Shown piece after piece: positions 11,730 to 25,073 of a DNA stretch of 64,000 nucleotides. The notes beneath the pieces were generated by a model. That model was not told the origin of the DNA and made no database searches. It saw only the letters and a list, made by a program, of their open reading frames with translations. Location of the stretch: assembly GCA_010093815.1 (NCBI GenBank), contig ML996570.1; one strand, 5' to 3'. Position 1 is the stretch's first letter. Each line of letters starts with the position of its first letter. The DNA comes from Pseudovirgaria hyperparasitica. Its lineage: Eukaryota. A program made the position numbers and the translations under genes.

Positions 11730-13121
11730 CTTGTCCCTGTTCCATCCATCCATCCAGCGGAGACGCGCCCGTTGATCGGCGTGTGGATGGATGGATGGAT
11801 AGACAAATGGACTCTACTAGTCGGTCGTGTAATGAAGTGTAACATACTGTAAATACTATACATCAACCACAAGTAAGATCAAGGCCTCACTAACATACCC
11901 GCGCCCAGCCCAGTACTCAGCGACGGACGAGTAGGAAAGGTTGTTGCGAGATATACCGCTGTCTGCCATGTCTGTGTCGTCCGCTATGTATACAGATTAT
12001 AACCAGGAGAATGTAGCGTGATCGACATGCATGTCGGAGGAGACTCCTACACATCTACCTACCTCCTACCTACCTACATACATACTTCCTACTCCTCCTC
12101 CGCGCCCATACACAGACTAGCAAACACTAACGATAACCCCCTTTCCAACCACATGTGTGCGTTTCGCATATGCATGTGGTGCGTTCGGCATCGTGAATAT
12201 CCCTCAATCTCACTGGGATGTCCATCCACGAGGTAGGAGCCCAAGAGTACAGGACGCGAACAGGATAGGAACAGGATAGGAACAAAGACAGGATAGGAAC
12301 AGGATAGAACAGAACAGCTCCACGGCGCGACCCGGCGTGGAAGCGAGCATGCCAGACGCCCCATTCGCGCTGATACAGCACTCCAGCACTCCATGCCAGC
12401 ACACACGCACGACCCGGCATGAGCACAGTGGCGCCTTGAGGGGAAGATCTTGATGCCCTACGTTAGTACGTTAGTCGTGCCCGGTGCAAAAGGCGATAGG
12501 AGGCACAGGTCACGTTAGGTTAAGGTATTGGCCATAGGGAATGAATGGTCATGGAGTCGTTTAGTATGTATGCTTTCTGGGGCGTTGTCCAAGTGTGAGT
12601 GGCTGTGAGTGACGTCTACATCAGGACCTGCATTCAATCAGCGTCAACGGGGCAGCAGCAGTATTAGTATCAGCCCTACACGGCCTCCAGTCCAGGGCAA
12701 ACACGAGCATGATGGGCAAGTACAAGTCTAGAAGCGCAGATCGGGGAGGAAGGGATAGGGATCGACGACCTTTGGAAGGGGAGCAGGTGTGGCGCATGGA
12801 TTAAAGTGTGGGGCAGGCAGTGCGGAGAGGCGGCGTCAACCGCAACGTTGGCGGACGTGCAGCGAGGAGTTGAACAACGACAACAACGACAACAACGACA
12901 ACAATGATCTCGTAGATGGATCGTGACGGCTTGTTTGCTTGATATTGCGAGTTGTCTTGCGAGCTGTAGATCCAGGTCTTGCTTTGACGATTAAGAGCCT
13001 GCACGTTATTGAAGTTGCGCCACAGGGCGTCGAGCAACGCAACACGCCGACAGGCCAGTCCGCTCTCGCCTCGACCATCACGTCAAGAAGAGCTCCTGGA
13101 GAAACATCCAGTGACTGCAAC

Positions 13122-13315
13122 ATGTCGGCGCCAAACAGCCTGATCCTGTACCACTACCCAATGTCGCCCTCCTTCGCGGGCCATCGTGTGGTGTCTGGCT
13201 CTGCTGGGCGTCGAGTATGCCGAGTGTGTACGTACAGGCATCACGTGTCGTGGAGCACAAGGTCAAGCTGGGGCTAACTAATGCAAAGCAGTCACCTATC
13301 CACTCGAGCGGGTAG
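13122..13315 (+). pseudogene. Frameshifted, truncated glutathione S-transferase N-terminal remnant
   Basis: MSAPNSLILYHYPMSP(S)FA, then after a frame change (R)AIVWCLALLGVEYAEC, an intron-like GTACGT...GCTAAC...AG, then QSPI and an early TAG. Resembles the fungal GST_N pattern LYHYPxSPFARRxVWxLxLxGxxYxxCxQPPI. Confidence 0.6.
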
Positions 13316-14931
13316 TGACGGACCCTGACATGAGCAGCACCAGTCTGCCAGCGAACTATATCTCTCAGCGACCGTTCCCCAAGGTGTTTTGCGTGGATCG
13401 GACGGCGGACAGCGCCAAGCCTGGCAGTATGGAGCAGGATGAAGCACGGGAATGAGAGAGGATTGTGATTCATATGCCACGGACGGGATTCAGGGTGAAG
13501 CGAGTGGGAGCGCAGCTGTAGAGGAAGTGCATGAGGCGATTGGGGCCTCAGGACTGAGGAGAGCGAATGGGGCGGGGCAAGATAAAGAGAGGTGGTGGTA
13601 GGTTGGGCTCGCAAGCACAGCATCTGGTAGGTATTATTGTGAGCAATATCATGACGGAATCACGGCAGTGGACAGTTGGATGATGATGATGGCAGTAGTA
13701 TCCTTGTAGTATTAGCGATGCAGGAGGGTGAGGTGTGTGGATATAGAGAATGTCTTGGCAAAGGCTTCTCGCACCCCGTTTAGCAAGCCGTGCTGTGTGC
13801 TGCAGGTGACGGCAAAGGTCCAGTGAACGGGCGCCACGCAGACAGGGAATGCTGGATTGAGCACAGCGAACAGAGTGGTTAATTAGTTTGGTAGACAGTC
13901 GAAAAGGACGACGAGGAGGATCGTGGAGATGGGCAGCAGCAGACAGATGACACAGCAGCAGGCATGGGCCAGTAAGCGGAGGATGTGAAGTATCGGGAAG
14001 ACAGGAGTGACTGCGAGTAGAAGCGGGTTGTGCGATATTATTGATTGATTGATTGATTGATCAGTAGTGATTGCAGTGCAAGGAGGAGGAGGAAGAAGAA
14101 GAAGGGAGAAGATTGGATGTTGAGGTTGAACATGGAGGTGGTGAGGTGAGCCCAAAGCAGGCTAGTGCGTGGGTAGAAGCTATGGGGAGCTGATAGAGAG
14201 CTCTTGAGGAGCACGACTTGTCGCTCATGCACTCTCTTGCACAGCATTCTACATGTCGATCGTGTGCTCGACAAACATGAAGAAGCAAACAAGGCCAGTC
14301 CGACGATGGAGTCACGATCCAGTAGCAATGGATGGAGAAGAGGAGGAATGAAGGTATTGGGAGGTGTGTGAGAGGGATAGTGGAGTGGAGGGCTGGACGG
14401 GCATTGGGGCACCGAGCGTGAGAGCATTGCTGCCCAACGAACACGTTGACGCCTGGACTGGCACTAACACGGATCCAGTTGGGGGCACGACTTGCAATCC
14501 ACAGCATCCACACACTGCAACCCAACATTGTCTCAAACAGTGCTGGCGATCGGTGTTTTATTTACTCTTTGGCGCGACGATCATGTGGCAGAGTGTGGTG
14601 CGGGAGGGTATCTGGCGGTGGAGTAGAGGAATGATGGGAGAGAGGTTTAGAGAAGGCTTGAATGGGCAAAAGAAGGGTGAGTGCAGCCCCAATCGTCGTC
14701 ATCGTCATCGGCCACGTTTTCTTGCGGGTTGTAATTAAGGGCCAGTCAAGTAGGGCAGAAAGGGGAAAATGGGGGGGCAGAAGGGCAATAGGGCAGCAAA
14801 ACGGCAGCAAAAAGGGCAGCGAAAAAGGCGAAAAGGCAGCTATCGGCAGGCGGCCCAGCGCGCGTCATCGGCGGGCGGGCGACTACTACTACTTAGGGGG
14901 CATGCCCGTCCAGCAGCTAATCATCACAGCT

Positions 14932-14958
14932 CACACACACACACACACACACACACAC
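14932..14958. repeat. (CA)n microsatellite, about 13-14 units
   Basis: Direct read. Confidence 0.9.
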
Positions 14959-16050
14959 AGATTAATTACTACCACCAAGAATAAGTAACAGGAGCCCGAC
15001 GTTTTCCCTGTGGTATTGGTGTGGATGATGTAGATGATGTGGACACCCCTCCCTCCCCCCCCTCCTCCAAGATAACATACTATACATGGCCGGTATGGAA
15101 CAGCTACCAATCAGTGCCAATCGCCCCCCTCTACAAAAAAATAGAGCCGCACTCTTCCCCCACTAAATTCTCTCTCTCTCTCTCTCCTGTCTCTTGATCT
15201 ACTTCTTCTCCCTAATAATTACTACTCCCTCCCCTCAGTAGTAGTAGTAGTAGCATCATCATCATCATCAGCATCAGCATCATACTTACTACTTCCACTT
15301 GATCGCCATCCACTAGAACAGGACCCTTGCTCTTCCAACCTCTTCCCTCGTCTTCCACCCTTGCTGTCCTGACGTCTTCTTCTTCTTCTTCTTCTACTAC
15401 AGCTTCTTCTTCTACTGCTTCTTCTTTTCCAACCTACCACAACAACCTTTACGCCTCTCTGCCACATACGCATTGCTGCTCTCTTCTGCTGCAACCAACC
15501 AACCGACCGACCACTCACTGCTTCTATTCCGCTTCCGTGCCACCCCTCTGCTGTCTTCCCACCGCGCTACCTGACTTTGGTCTGACTGCCTGACTGACTG
15601 ACTGCTGCCACTTGGACCCTGGTCAAAACTCTGCGCCTGCGGACACACCTCCACTATTACTACCACCACCACCACCACCAATCCCCAATCGGACGCCTCT
15701 TGCTGCTAGCCCTGTCCTCTTATTTCTGCTCCTGTTCCCTCTTACCACTTCACTGCCCCCCGCCCCTCACCTCTTACTCTCTCTCTCTCTCTCTCACTTC
15801 TTCCATTTCTTCTCTGCTCCTTGCTCCTTTTGGTCTTCTTCCACCACCACCACTACCACCACTACCACCGCATCTCCATCCATCCTCTCTGCTGTCCGGC
15901 CTTTGGTTCCATCTTTTGGTTCTCTACTCTACTCACCTGTCGCAGTTGGCTGTCCTGTCCCGTACTATTTGGTTCTTCGACACTGTCCCCCAGTGTCGAC
16001 CTCTCTCTCCACACTCCTCTCCAAACCCTCTCTCCTGCACATCCGCAATC

Positions 16051-17065
16051 ATGTCGTTAAATCGCCAGTGGTTTGTACCCGGTGACGACATTGCTCGTGA
16101 GGTCATCACCGCCGATATCCAGCGATATCTAGGTCCTGATGCCACCGTCAGACCGGGAACCGGTACTGGAGAGTACGAGGCAAGTACACCACCGACGATG
16201 CATCATCATTATCACCATGTCATCTAACCCTTTCTACCAGGGAATGGACGGTTTTTGGATAACTGCCTATCGTACTCTCACTTCGGTATGTGCTGCCCTG
16301 CCACGTCTTGCTCGCCACGACGACCATCACGCTAACCACCCCTTCCCTCCAGAACATGATCAAAGACCTGAAGCAGGACTCGCAAAGATGGAGAGCCGAG
16401 ATGGCTCACGGACGAGGTAGTCTAACCGGCAGCCATGGAAAGGGCTCAAAAATTGACGCAGCTTTAGTCGCCTATCAAGATTCCACCACCCACCAGGCCA
16501 GGCAGCACTACGGTCCCACTCCTGGTCCCTCGCGCCACGATCCTGCCGCTGCCTACCAGCAGACTGCTCCAAGCTATGCCACTGGATACGGTAATTATAC
16601 CCACCAACAGCCGTCCAGAGGAGGATATGCCCAGCAGCCCCAGCAGCCCCAGTATGCCACTCCCGGATACCAAGAGCCCGTCCGGACCACCGCTCCAAGC
16701 TACTCGTACGGCAACCAGGACACCCAGGCGGCCTATGGAGCTTACCAGCAGCCGCAGCAGGACCCGCGCTATCCCTATGCCCAGACAACCGCTGCCCCGC
16801 GTCAGGACATATACTCCCCACAGCAGCAACAGCCAAGGTATTTTGGATATTATCACCGGAAATATTTGGTCCTTCGCTAAACTCCTCTCTCAGTTCGGCT
16901 TCATATGGTAGCAACGCGTACGGCCACGAAGGGCGACGTAAGTCTTGATTAGCTTTCCACTCGGTTCGCCTCGTGTGATGAACCACCACCACTAACTTGC
17001 TTTTTTCTCTTTTAGCATACATACAACAGCAGCAGCCTCCATCGGGTAGACAGGGTCGTCGCTAG
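16051..17065 (+). CDS. rfeG: RfeG-like putative transcription regulator with Q/Y/P-rich low-complexity tail
   Basis: MSLNRQWFVPGDDIAREVITADIQRYLGPDATVRPG...GFWITAYRTLTS|NMIKDLKQDSQRW. Introns 16180-16240 (GC-AG), 16286-16352, optional 16417-16467, approx. 16838-16893 and 16937-17015; stop TAG 17063-17065. Confidence 0.8.
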
Positions 17066-19411
17066 TCGATGTGCCGTCTCGTCTATCCTCATCATCATCA
17101 TCATCCTACTGGTAAACTTGCATCTGCCGGCTAGTTTTTTGATATATCTCCCACTGCATGGCGTTTTCCCGGGGTACATGTATTTCACCGTCGGACTTGC
17201 GGACCTCTTTTGACCCTTGGAACTAATGACAATCGGACACGTGCTACTGCTGCTGCACTCGAAACATGGAATAGTCAAGCGAGTCAGAGTTTCTGGCATC
17301 TGATTAAATCTTGGCCGCTCAGTCCTTCCTGCCTTGGAAACTTAGTTCCACTCTTGAGCCGCTGGAAAAGCAATAAAAGGCTTACGTAGCCTGGAAGATT
17401 CCACCCCCCAGTCAGCCCCGCACCCCGATGTTAGAGGATGTTATCCGTTGTGTGGACGATTTTGACGAGATTTTTCTTTTTTTTCTTTTCTTTTTTACTA
17501 TCTTGCCGAGGATGGATATATGCCGGACAGCCCTTCCTGCCCCGGTCAGGACCAATATTAGAGCCGTGTTGATCAAGGACCTGTCGTACCACCGCCCCTT
17601 TTATCCGCGCCGCGTTGTAGCATCTGACAGCCTCTAACCACTACTACTATACACACATGTAAGAAGCTCCATGCTTTTGGCTGTTCCAGGAATTGTACCA
17701 ACCGGTCGTCTGCCATCAAATGGTCATCTGCAACGCTAGATAAAAAGGATGCTGCCGGATCTGCCGGATTTTGCGCGCGCGCCGTAGTATATCCATCACT
17801 GTTGAGCATTTGTTTTGAGCTTCATGTACATACCCTTGGCCTGACAGGCCCTTGCTTCAGGCGACAACCAGGATTTCTGTATCGGAGTTTTTATCCCTTG
17901 TTTCTTTCAGCGCCCGTTGAGCTCGACTGTTGCATAGCATGCGCCACGACGGTACAGACGATTGAAAATGACATGTCTTGAATACTTGCTTTTTTGTGAC
18001 GAACGGGCCTGCCTTGCTGACTGCCTGGTCTTCCTTTGCAGTCTTGCAGTCTTGCAGTATTGATGCTGTTGCTGTGCTTGCTGGGTGATGTCCGATTGTT
18101 CCAGTCGTGACTCGGATCGCCCGAATATGCGCTCCATTGCTGTACAGTCTACGGTCATTCCACGTGTTCTAGTCACCACACCCTGTCCACGTAATCACGT
18201 GTTGGCGGTCGTGTACCTAGCTGCGTTCAGACAATAAGCCTGGGCATGGCGGCTTGCGTATAAGCTACCTACCGACCTTATTGAGATATCTATCTAGCTA
18301 TCTCCCTCCCTGTCTCCCCTTACGTATCCACCTCCCTGTCTACCGCCCAGCCAATTACTGACCAACCCATCTACCTCATCCCTTGTCTCCCTATTATCTT
18401 CCAATCTACTAATAGAACTACCTACTTATCTCCCCGTCCATCCATCTATCCACCACCTCAACCCAAGTCATTCCATTTATCCCACACACCATCTTTGTCT
18501 TTTGACTTGCACTCTTTTATTTTCAATTTTTTTCTTTTTATCATTTTATGGTGTATGGTTTCTATGACTCATGGCTTTGTAATCTCAATTCAAATTTGAG
18601 TTTAGGGATATGTAGTACTATATGTTTACTTGTTGTGTAGCTGTTGTTAACTTGGTTTTGGGCTATGTTGTGTGTGTATGTGTATATATATGTATATATC
18701 ATGATAGTCTGGTTGTCTTGTCTTATACTGCACTGTACTCCATTCTACTCTCTTACTCTCTTACTCTCTATATTCTCTCTATATTCTTTCTTCTCTCTAT
18801 CTATATGAATGAAACCTAACTTGTTAACCCGACTTTGTAAAAAACCAAACCTTTTTCTATATACTACTATGTTTTTTGTAGTTTTTATTTTATATAGTCG
18901 AGGCTGGGAGGAGGTATATGGACGGTATTTCTCTAGGTCTCCTTCTACGCCTCCTTCTCCTTCTCCTTCTCCTTCTCCTTCTCCCTCCCCCTATCCCTCC
19001 TTCTATCCCTAATTTATCCTAGCCTATCCCTATCTCTATCCCTATCCCTATCCCACTCTTCTCTATTCCATCCCATTCAAAGGGGGTAAAGTATACGTAT
19101 CAGTTAACACCCGCAAGACACGTGTTTTTGACATTTCCATCAGAGTAAAGACATGATGATGGTAGGATGTATATACAATAGGTAGGGTATGTAGTACGGA
19201 TCCAGTATCTATATACACCACGTGCAGACCCCGGAAAAGAAATGAAAGAAAAGGGTGTTCATCGTCATAATCGTCTATTCGTCGTCTATCATCCCTCGTC
19301 ATCCGTCATCGCCCATCATTTCAGCAGAGGTATATATATCCACATCCACACCCACAAACCCCCCAAACCAGTCCCTCTCACCCCTTAACCCAACCCCCAA
19401 CCCCCAACCCC

Positions 19412-21022
19412 CTAAACAGCAGCAACCCGCACCACAGCCCCCTTCTCCCCCTCCCCCTCTCCCTCTCCCACCCCATCCCCACCCTTCAAGTCCCCATCCC
19501 CCTTCAACCCAACAGTAGAATGCGTATACGCATCCAACTCCCTCCCCTTACACAAATTCAAATAAATCGGAAACGACCACGCCACGACAAAAAACGCCAA
19601 CGGCACAACCATCGCCCGCCTAACCCCAATCCGATCCGAAACATTGCCCAAGATAGCCGGCACAACCGCGCCGCCGGACACAGCAGCAACCACAAACGAC
19701 GCCCCCCGCTTCGTATGCCTACCCAGCCCCCGAATCGAAAGCGTAAGAATAAGGGGGAAAATGCAGGATTCGAAAAAGAGCACGAGCATGAGCATGGCCA
19801 GACCGCCCCAGTTCGGCGTTGTCGGGGAGCCGGTGTTGACGGCGATGGCGGCGATGATGAAGACCATGATGAGGGTCTGGAAGACGAGCAGGACGTAGCG
19901 GGGTTTGAAGACGAACATTGCTGCTGCGGCGGCGAAGCGGCCTGCTGCGAAGAGGGCCTGGGCGATGGCGTAGAAGTCTGCGCCTTTGATGTGGGCTTGG
20001 GTGGTGGTGAGTTGGGGGTTCGCTTCGGCGAAGTAGTTTATGAAGTAGCCTGCTATACCCACCTGGGCGCCTACGTAGGCGAATTGCGCGGCGGTGCCCC
20101 AGAAGAGGGTGTATTGCTTGCGGAAGGGCTTGTCGGTTGCGGCGGGAGTAGTGCCGTCGGGGCCAGGGGCGGCGATCATTTCGGTCTGATCTTGCATGTC
20201 TGCGTCTGTGATTTCGGGGATGGGCGCAAAGTAGAAGACGACGCAGAGGATGGCGACAAAGGCGGCGATGCCGAGGTAGACGAACTGGACGGCGCCGAGG
20301 TCCTTGCCGTCGGTGCCGACGTGCTTGAAGATGACGCGGGAGGCGAGGATGGGCGCGATGACGGAGCCGACGGCCTGGAAGGACTGGGAGAGCTCGAGGC
20401 GGAACTCCGAGTACTTTGGCGGGCCGCAGACGGCGATGTACGGGTTTGCCGAGACCTCGAGGGTGGAGAGCCCGGAGCCGACGATGAAGAGGGAGCCGCA
20501 GAAGCCGCCGAAGGAGCGGTAGACGGCCGAGGGCCAGAACATGAGCGCGCCGACGCAGTAGATTGCTAGGCCGAGCATGAATGTGTAGCGGTATCCGAAC
20601 TTGCGGACGAACCAGCCCGAGTAGGTCAGGGGGCCGATGAAGTAGGCGCTGCGGGGTTCTTGTCAGTTCTGTGGTGAGTGTCTCGGGCATGTTCACGGGT
20701 TCACGTACCCAAAGTACGACGCCTGCAGCCCGGAGGACTGTCCCTTTGTAATGTCCAGCGCGACCTGGAAGCGGCTGTTCAAGACGTCCAGCAGGCCGTA
20801 CGCGAAGCCCCACATGAAGAACAGGATCGTGACCAGCGCGACGGGCACGATGGACTGCCTCAGCGTGATCTGTGAGGCTCCGGTGATCTGCTTGTCGCTG
20901 ACGCTCTTGCGGCGGACTTGGTTCTCGGTGACTTCAGCGATTGAAGGGCGACGATCCTGCTGAGCGTGGACATCGTCCAGCGTTGGCTCCTGAGAGCCTC
21001 CCAGGCCGAATTTGAAGCCCAT
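19412..21022 (-). CDS. MFS L-fucose/glucose-galactose permease (FucP/FHS family)
   Basis: LVTILFFMWGFAYGLLDVLN, GLSTLEVSANPY, AQFAYVGAQV, FFESCIFP motifs; intron 20708-20649. Confidence 0.93.
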
Positions 21023-24000
21023 GTTGTGGCGACGCGGACGTTGAGGAGGACCGGGGACGGTGGGTTGAGGACTCCCCTTTTGCTAATGTCCTGAGACGAG
21101 GGGTTGGGAGGAGGATGGTGGTGATGAGGAGAAGGGATGGTCTGTTCGATGATGCATGGATCCGGGTGGGAACAGGCAAGATATTATATATTGCTGGAGC
21201 GCTTTCGTGATTTCCTCCATGGACTCATCCAGATGTCGAGCCCAAGTCATTGAAAACGTGCCACCCATGGAGAGTCTGGAGAGAACGAACGGTGCGGCAG
21301 TTAGAGCCCAGGACAGATGCAGCGGACCCAGATCGTGTCCCAGAAGAGGGTTGGCAGCCCCGAGCGGCCATTCGCGCGCTCCACCTTGCCCGCGGCCCGG
21401 CAACCAATCGGCCAATGGTTGACAGAGCCTGCGAATGCTTGAACGGCAGATGGTGGGGATTTAGCGCATATGCATTTTCGCAATTCGCGGAGAGATGGAG
21501 ACGCGACTGGGGATGACTGGGTGACTACCTACTATCGTCCATAGTCTTTGTCGTTGCGGCCATCGATTCATTCATTGGGGGGCGCCGATGTTTCGCCTTG
21601 ACCTGCATTCATCCTGCATGTATGTCCCTGGCTGTCCTTGTGCACTACGTAGATCACGTATTATCGAATGCTGTCCGATTATGCCCGTCGAGAGTCGACT
21701 TCCTCTGACTTTGCCCCTCGAGACAACAAGACTCTCCCAGCCCGACTGTCCATAGCTTGCCTTGCTCTCAGACGCCGGGCGTGAGGGAATTGTCACTGTA
21801 TACAGGACGAGAGGAGGCGCTCTCGCCATGACGGCCAGCCAGCTGACTACATAGTATCATGTCGTGCAGGTCGTTTGCGGTTTGGTGCTCCGAGAGCCCT
21901 GCGATGTTCTCGCCGATTGGCCGACGGCGAACAGAAGCGTGGAAGCATGGAGCAGCAACACTAGAAGCACGCTCTACTTCCTCCACACACCCCGGACCCC
22001 AGTGTGTTGTGTGGGTGTGTGTGGGTGGGTATGTAGTGTGTGTCGGGGTTGAGTCTAGCCAGCCTCCTTCTCCGCAAATGCACTCGCGTGGCTTGGCTAA
22101 AACTGCAATCCCTGACATCGTGATCGTATCTGGAGTTTTGATGCTCGCGTGACTAAGGCGGCTCAACAACGTCGTCGACCTTGTCGCAGGTTTGCTGTTT
22201 GATGCTTGCTGTGCGCTGGTCAGTGTGCGTGCTGCCGCCCACGTGTATGTATCGCTGCTCGAACTACTACACATAGTCCCGCCGCCGTGCACAAAGGTAC
22301 ATTCGTGTCAGTCTGATACCGTCAATATCTTCTCTGTACAATGCGCCAGTCCACTTAGGCGTGCTGAAGCTATCGTCTTATCCTTGTCTTATCACAACAC
22401 AAGCACCAGCGTCCAGCCGCGAGACGAGACAAGTTCTTCGCTCGTACGCCTCCTACGCCTCGGATCGTCGAAAGCACGCAAACAGTGCTGCACACGCCAT
22501 GGTTTGCTAGCAGAGAAGTGGATCTGATCTAATGGGAGACGAAGCGAGAGAAGCGGGTAGTGGTGGTGGTGGTTGTCTTGAGTGAGAATTGCAGCGACAG
22601 AAGGGCCGCAGTGCTTTATCCGCTTGCCCGGATCTCGGGACTCGGACTTTCCAGCATATTCACTTCCCTGGCCTCAGCGCCCCTCAACTCAGTGCTAGTT
22701 CTCTGAAAATCTTTGCTCGCTGAAATGGGCCCAAACGCCTCCTTGCAGCCACAAACATCTCATCATCTCATGACGGTGATAGTGCACACGATAGGGCTGC
22801 AGCTGGTCCTTACCCCATATACCGCCATTTCGGCTCCTCTTCCCTCGAGCAGATTTGAGACCAAGCTTTGTATCCCATCTTAGTCTTGTTTACCTCCACC
22901 CTGTACACAATCGCGTCTGGCCTCCCATGTCTCGGGTAAATATCAGCTCCACCATGTCGCGTGCCGTGGCTTGCGAATATATAGCTAGCATCCCATAGCT
23001 CGCCCAAATATTCAATTTCTTCATACACCCATCTCAAGCCCCGGCGTTGCGGTCTTCGCGTTCTGGCCAGGGCTCCTCATGTGCATCTCATTCAACAGAG
23101 GTCTGAAGCATGGGAATAGACTTTTTGAGAGAGGCCGGTGGCTGGCGATATCGGGCTGCACCAGTGAAGAGTATTTGCATTCCGCGTCGGCAGGCTGGAC
23201 GATGGCTCGAGTTCTGAAGACTAGATGTTGATATGCATTAGAGGGTACTTCTCGAGGAGTTGTTTGGGTCTTGCACAACGAAGGCACAGTCATTCAAGAC
23301 ACGCCATGCCAGTGACTAGCAATCTAGATAGGAGAACATCTCAACAGCCGACGAAGCTTTCAGCGTCTCGACTCGAATGAAGGATCATGGAGATGTCACA
23401 AATAAGCTTATCATGAATTCAACCAGGTCATGAACCCTCGACCTCCATCGCAGTGAGCTGTGCGGAAGCCACTGCCATCTGGCAATCTCATTATTGCATC
23501 CGCGCGACCCACGACCACTCTGCCGTTTCTCTCAACACGCCTAGACTGTAACCCCTTCTGTGAGGTGGTATTCCTCTACAGCTTCGCTACTGGATGACAT
23601 GCCATTCGTACTACGACATGTCAGTATGGCGACGGGTCCTGAGCAAGCCAAACGAAATAACTGAGATTTCAGACGGTACAAGAGACTCCTTCCACATGGT
23701 TTGGCATTATACAATACTCGCTGCACTGGTATTATGAGAAGCTGATTCTTTTATAGAGCTCATTCGGTGTTGGCATTCCGGATACACCAGCAACTCCTGC
23801 GTCGTCTTGTTCCCCTTCCTCCTCCACCCTTTAATCGCCATTCGAGTTGAATAGCTACCTCATGAGTAGATTAGATGGTATAATGATGGCCTGACCGTTG
23901 TATCATTGTGACGGGCTATGTCTATGATATATCTGTTACGCTATGTCTATTTCTCCGATGAAGCCATGAAGATTCGACTTGATCATCTAGTGTATGGGCT

Positions 24001-24306
24001 TAGTGATCTTCTTGTAGGCTTCGTTCGATACATCACGATATTCGATATCAGACTCACTGGACTTTGTGCCATTTCAGCGCCAGAGATTTCCGATATCTGA
24101 CTGGAATGATTTTACCTGTCTCTAGTCTCCGTAGAAAGCTACATATGCCAATCGAAAACTTGACCGAAACCCTGACCAGTTCTTCGGCCCCCTTGATCAT
24201 TTACTTCTCCTCCTGCCTACATACACACATTGATCAAGTCACCCATCCCACAAAACAAACGTCGTCTCCCGCCCGTCCAGCCCATCTGAATGCCCACATC
24301 CACACC

Positions 24307-25073
24307 TCACTTACACTCCTTCGCAACCTTCTCCAGCACCGTCACATACGCCTCCACCTCCTTCGCCCCCGTCTCCGTAAAATCCCTCCTCCTCCCCTCA
24401 ACAACAACATGCGGCACACTATCCACCCCATCCCTCCCCATCCCCCTCACCAACCCCCTAACCTCCTCCTCGCCCTCCTCCCCCTCCACAAACGCCCTCG
24501 CCTCCCCCTCCCCAACCCCAACCTCCCCCAAACACCCCACCAGCGTCTCCACACTACCCGGATGCCTCTCCTCCTCAAAATACGCCCGATACAGCGCCTC
24601 CACCAACGCAAGCGTCCTGTCCTCCCCGAGCCGCAGCACGTCCTGAACATAGTAAATACACCGGTGCGCAGGCAGCGTATTCGCAATCACCCCGCCGAAC
24701 CGGAACGCGATCGGCGGCGCCACCGACGCGCCGTACATGCGCATCAGCGTCTCGTACTTGTGCATCAGCGCCTCGCTGCCCTGGTACCGCTTGTGCATGT
24801 ACCACGCGTGCTTGTCCTCGCCCGTCGACGAGTGCTCTGGGTAGAGCTGGTAGGGCGCGAACCGGAGGTGCTGCCGACGACGTGTTATTAGCATGAACGT
24901 TTACGTGGGAGGTGGGAGGAGGAGGCGCACCCCCCCCTGCGTACAAATGTTGCGGGCGCATCTGGGTTTGCTGTCCGGTATGTGTGCAGCGCCTGGAGGA
25001 GGCGGCGCAGCGCGAGATAGGTCCATGGACAGATGGTGTCGAGCGTGAACGTGATTGTCGAGTCGTACGCCAT
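24307..25073 (-). CDS. DSBA-like thioredoxin-fold protein (FrnE/HCCA isomerase/GST-kappa-like)
   Basis: MAYDSTITFTLDTICPWTY; intron 24944-24871; ANTLPAHR and GVDSVP (cis-Pro loop) motifs. Confidence 0.88.

Noticed and set aside
16937..17015. GTGATGA (perfect C box) in the last rfeG intron
   Set aside because: No downstream CTGA, no recognisable guide, and too close to the branch point.
19520..20813. Long antisense or alternative-frame ORFs (349 and 364 aa; likewise 5371-6126, 9895-10527, 24064-24891, 36427-37319)
   Set aside because: Shadow ORFs caused by extreme GC3 bias of the real genes; low-complexity translations with no motifs.
22500..23750. Coding-like fragments on the minus strand (e.g. 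22810-23037)
   Set aside because: Multiple stops and frame changes with no identifiable homology; a decayed gene is possible but cannot be supported without BLASTX.
24195..24315. GTAAGT overlapping the last codons of the DSBA gene (possible alternative C-terminus)
   Set aside because: Weak branch point; predicted alternative ends (E* or CRRRSK*) form no clear targeting signal.
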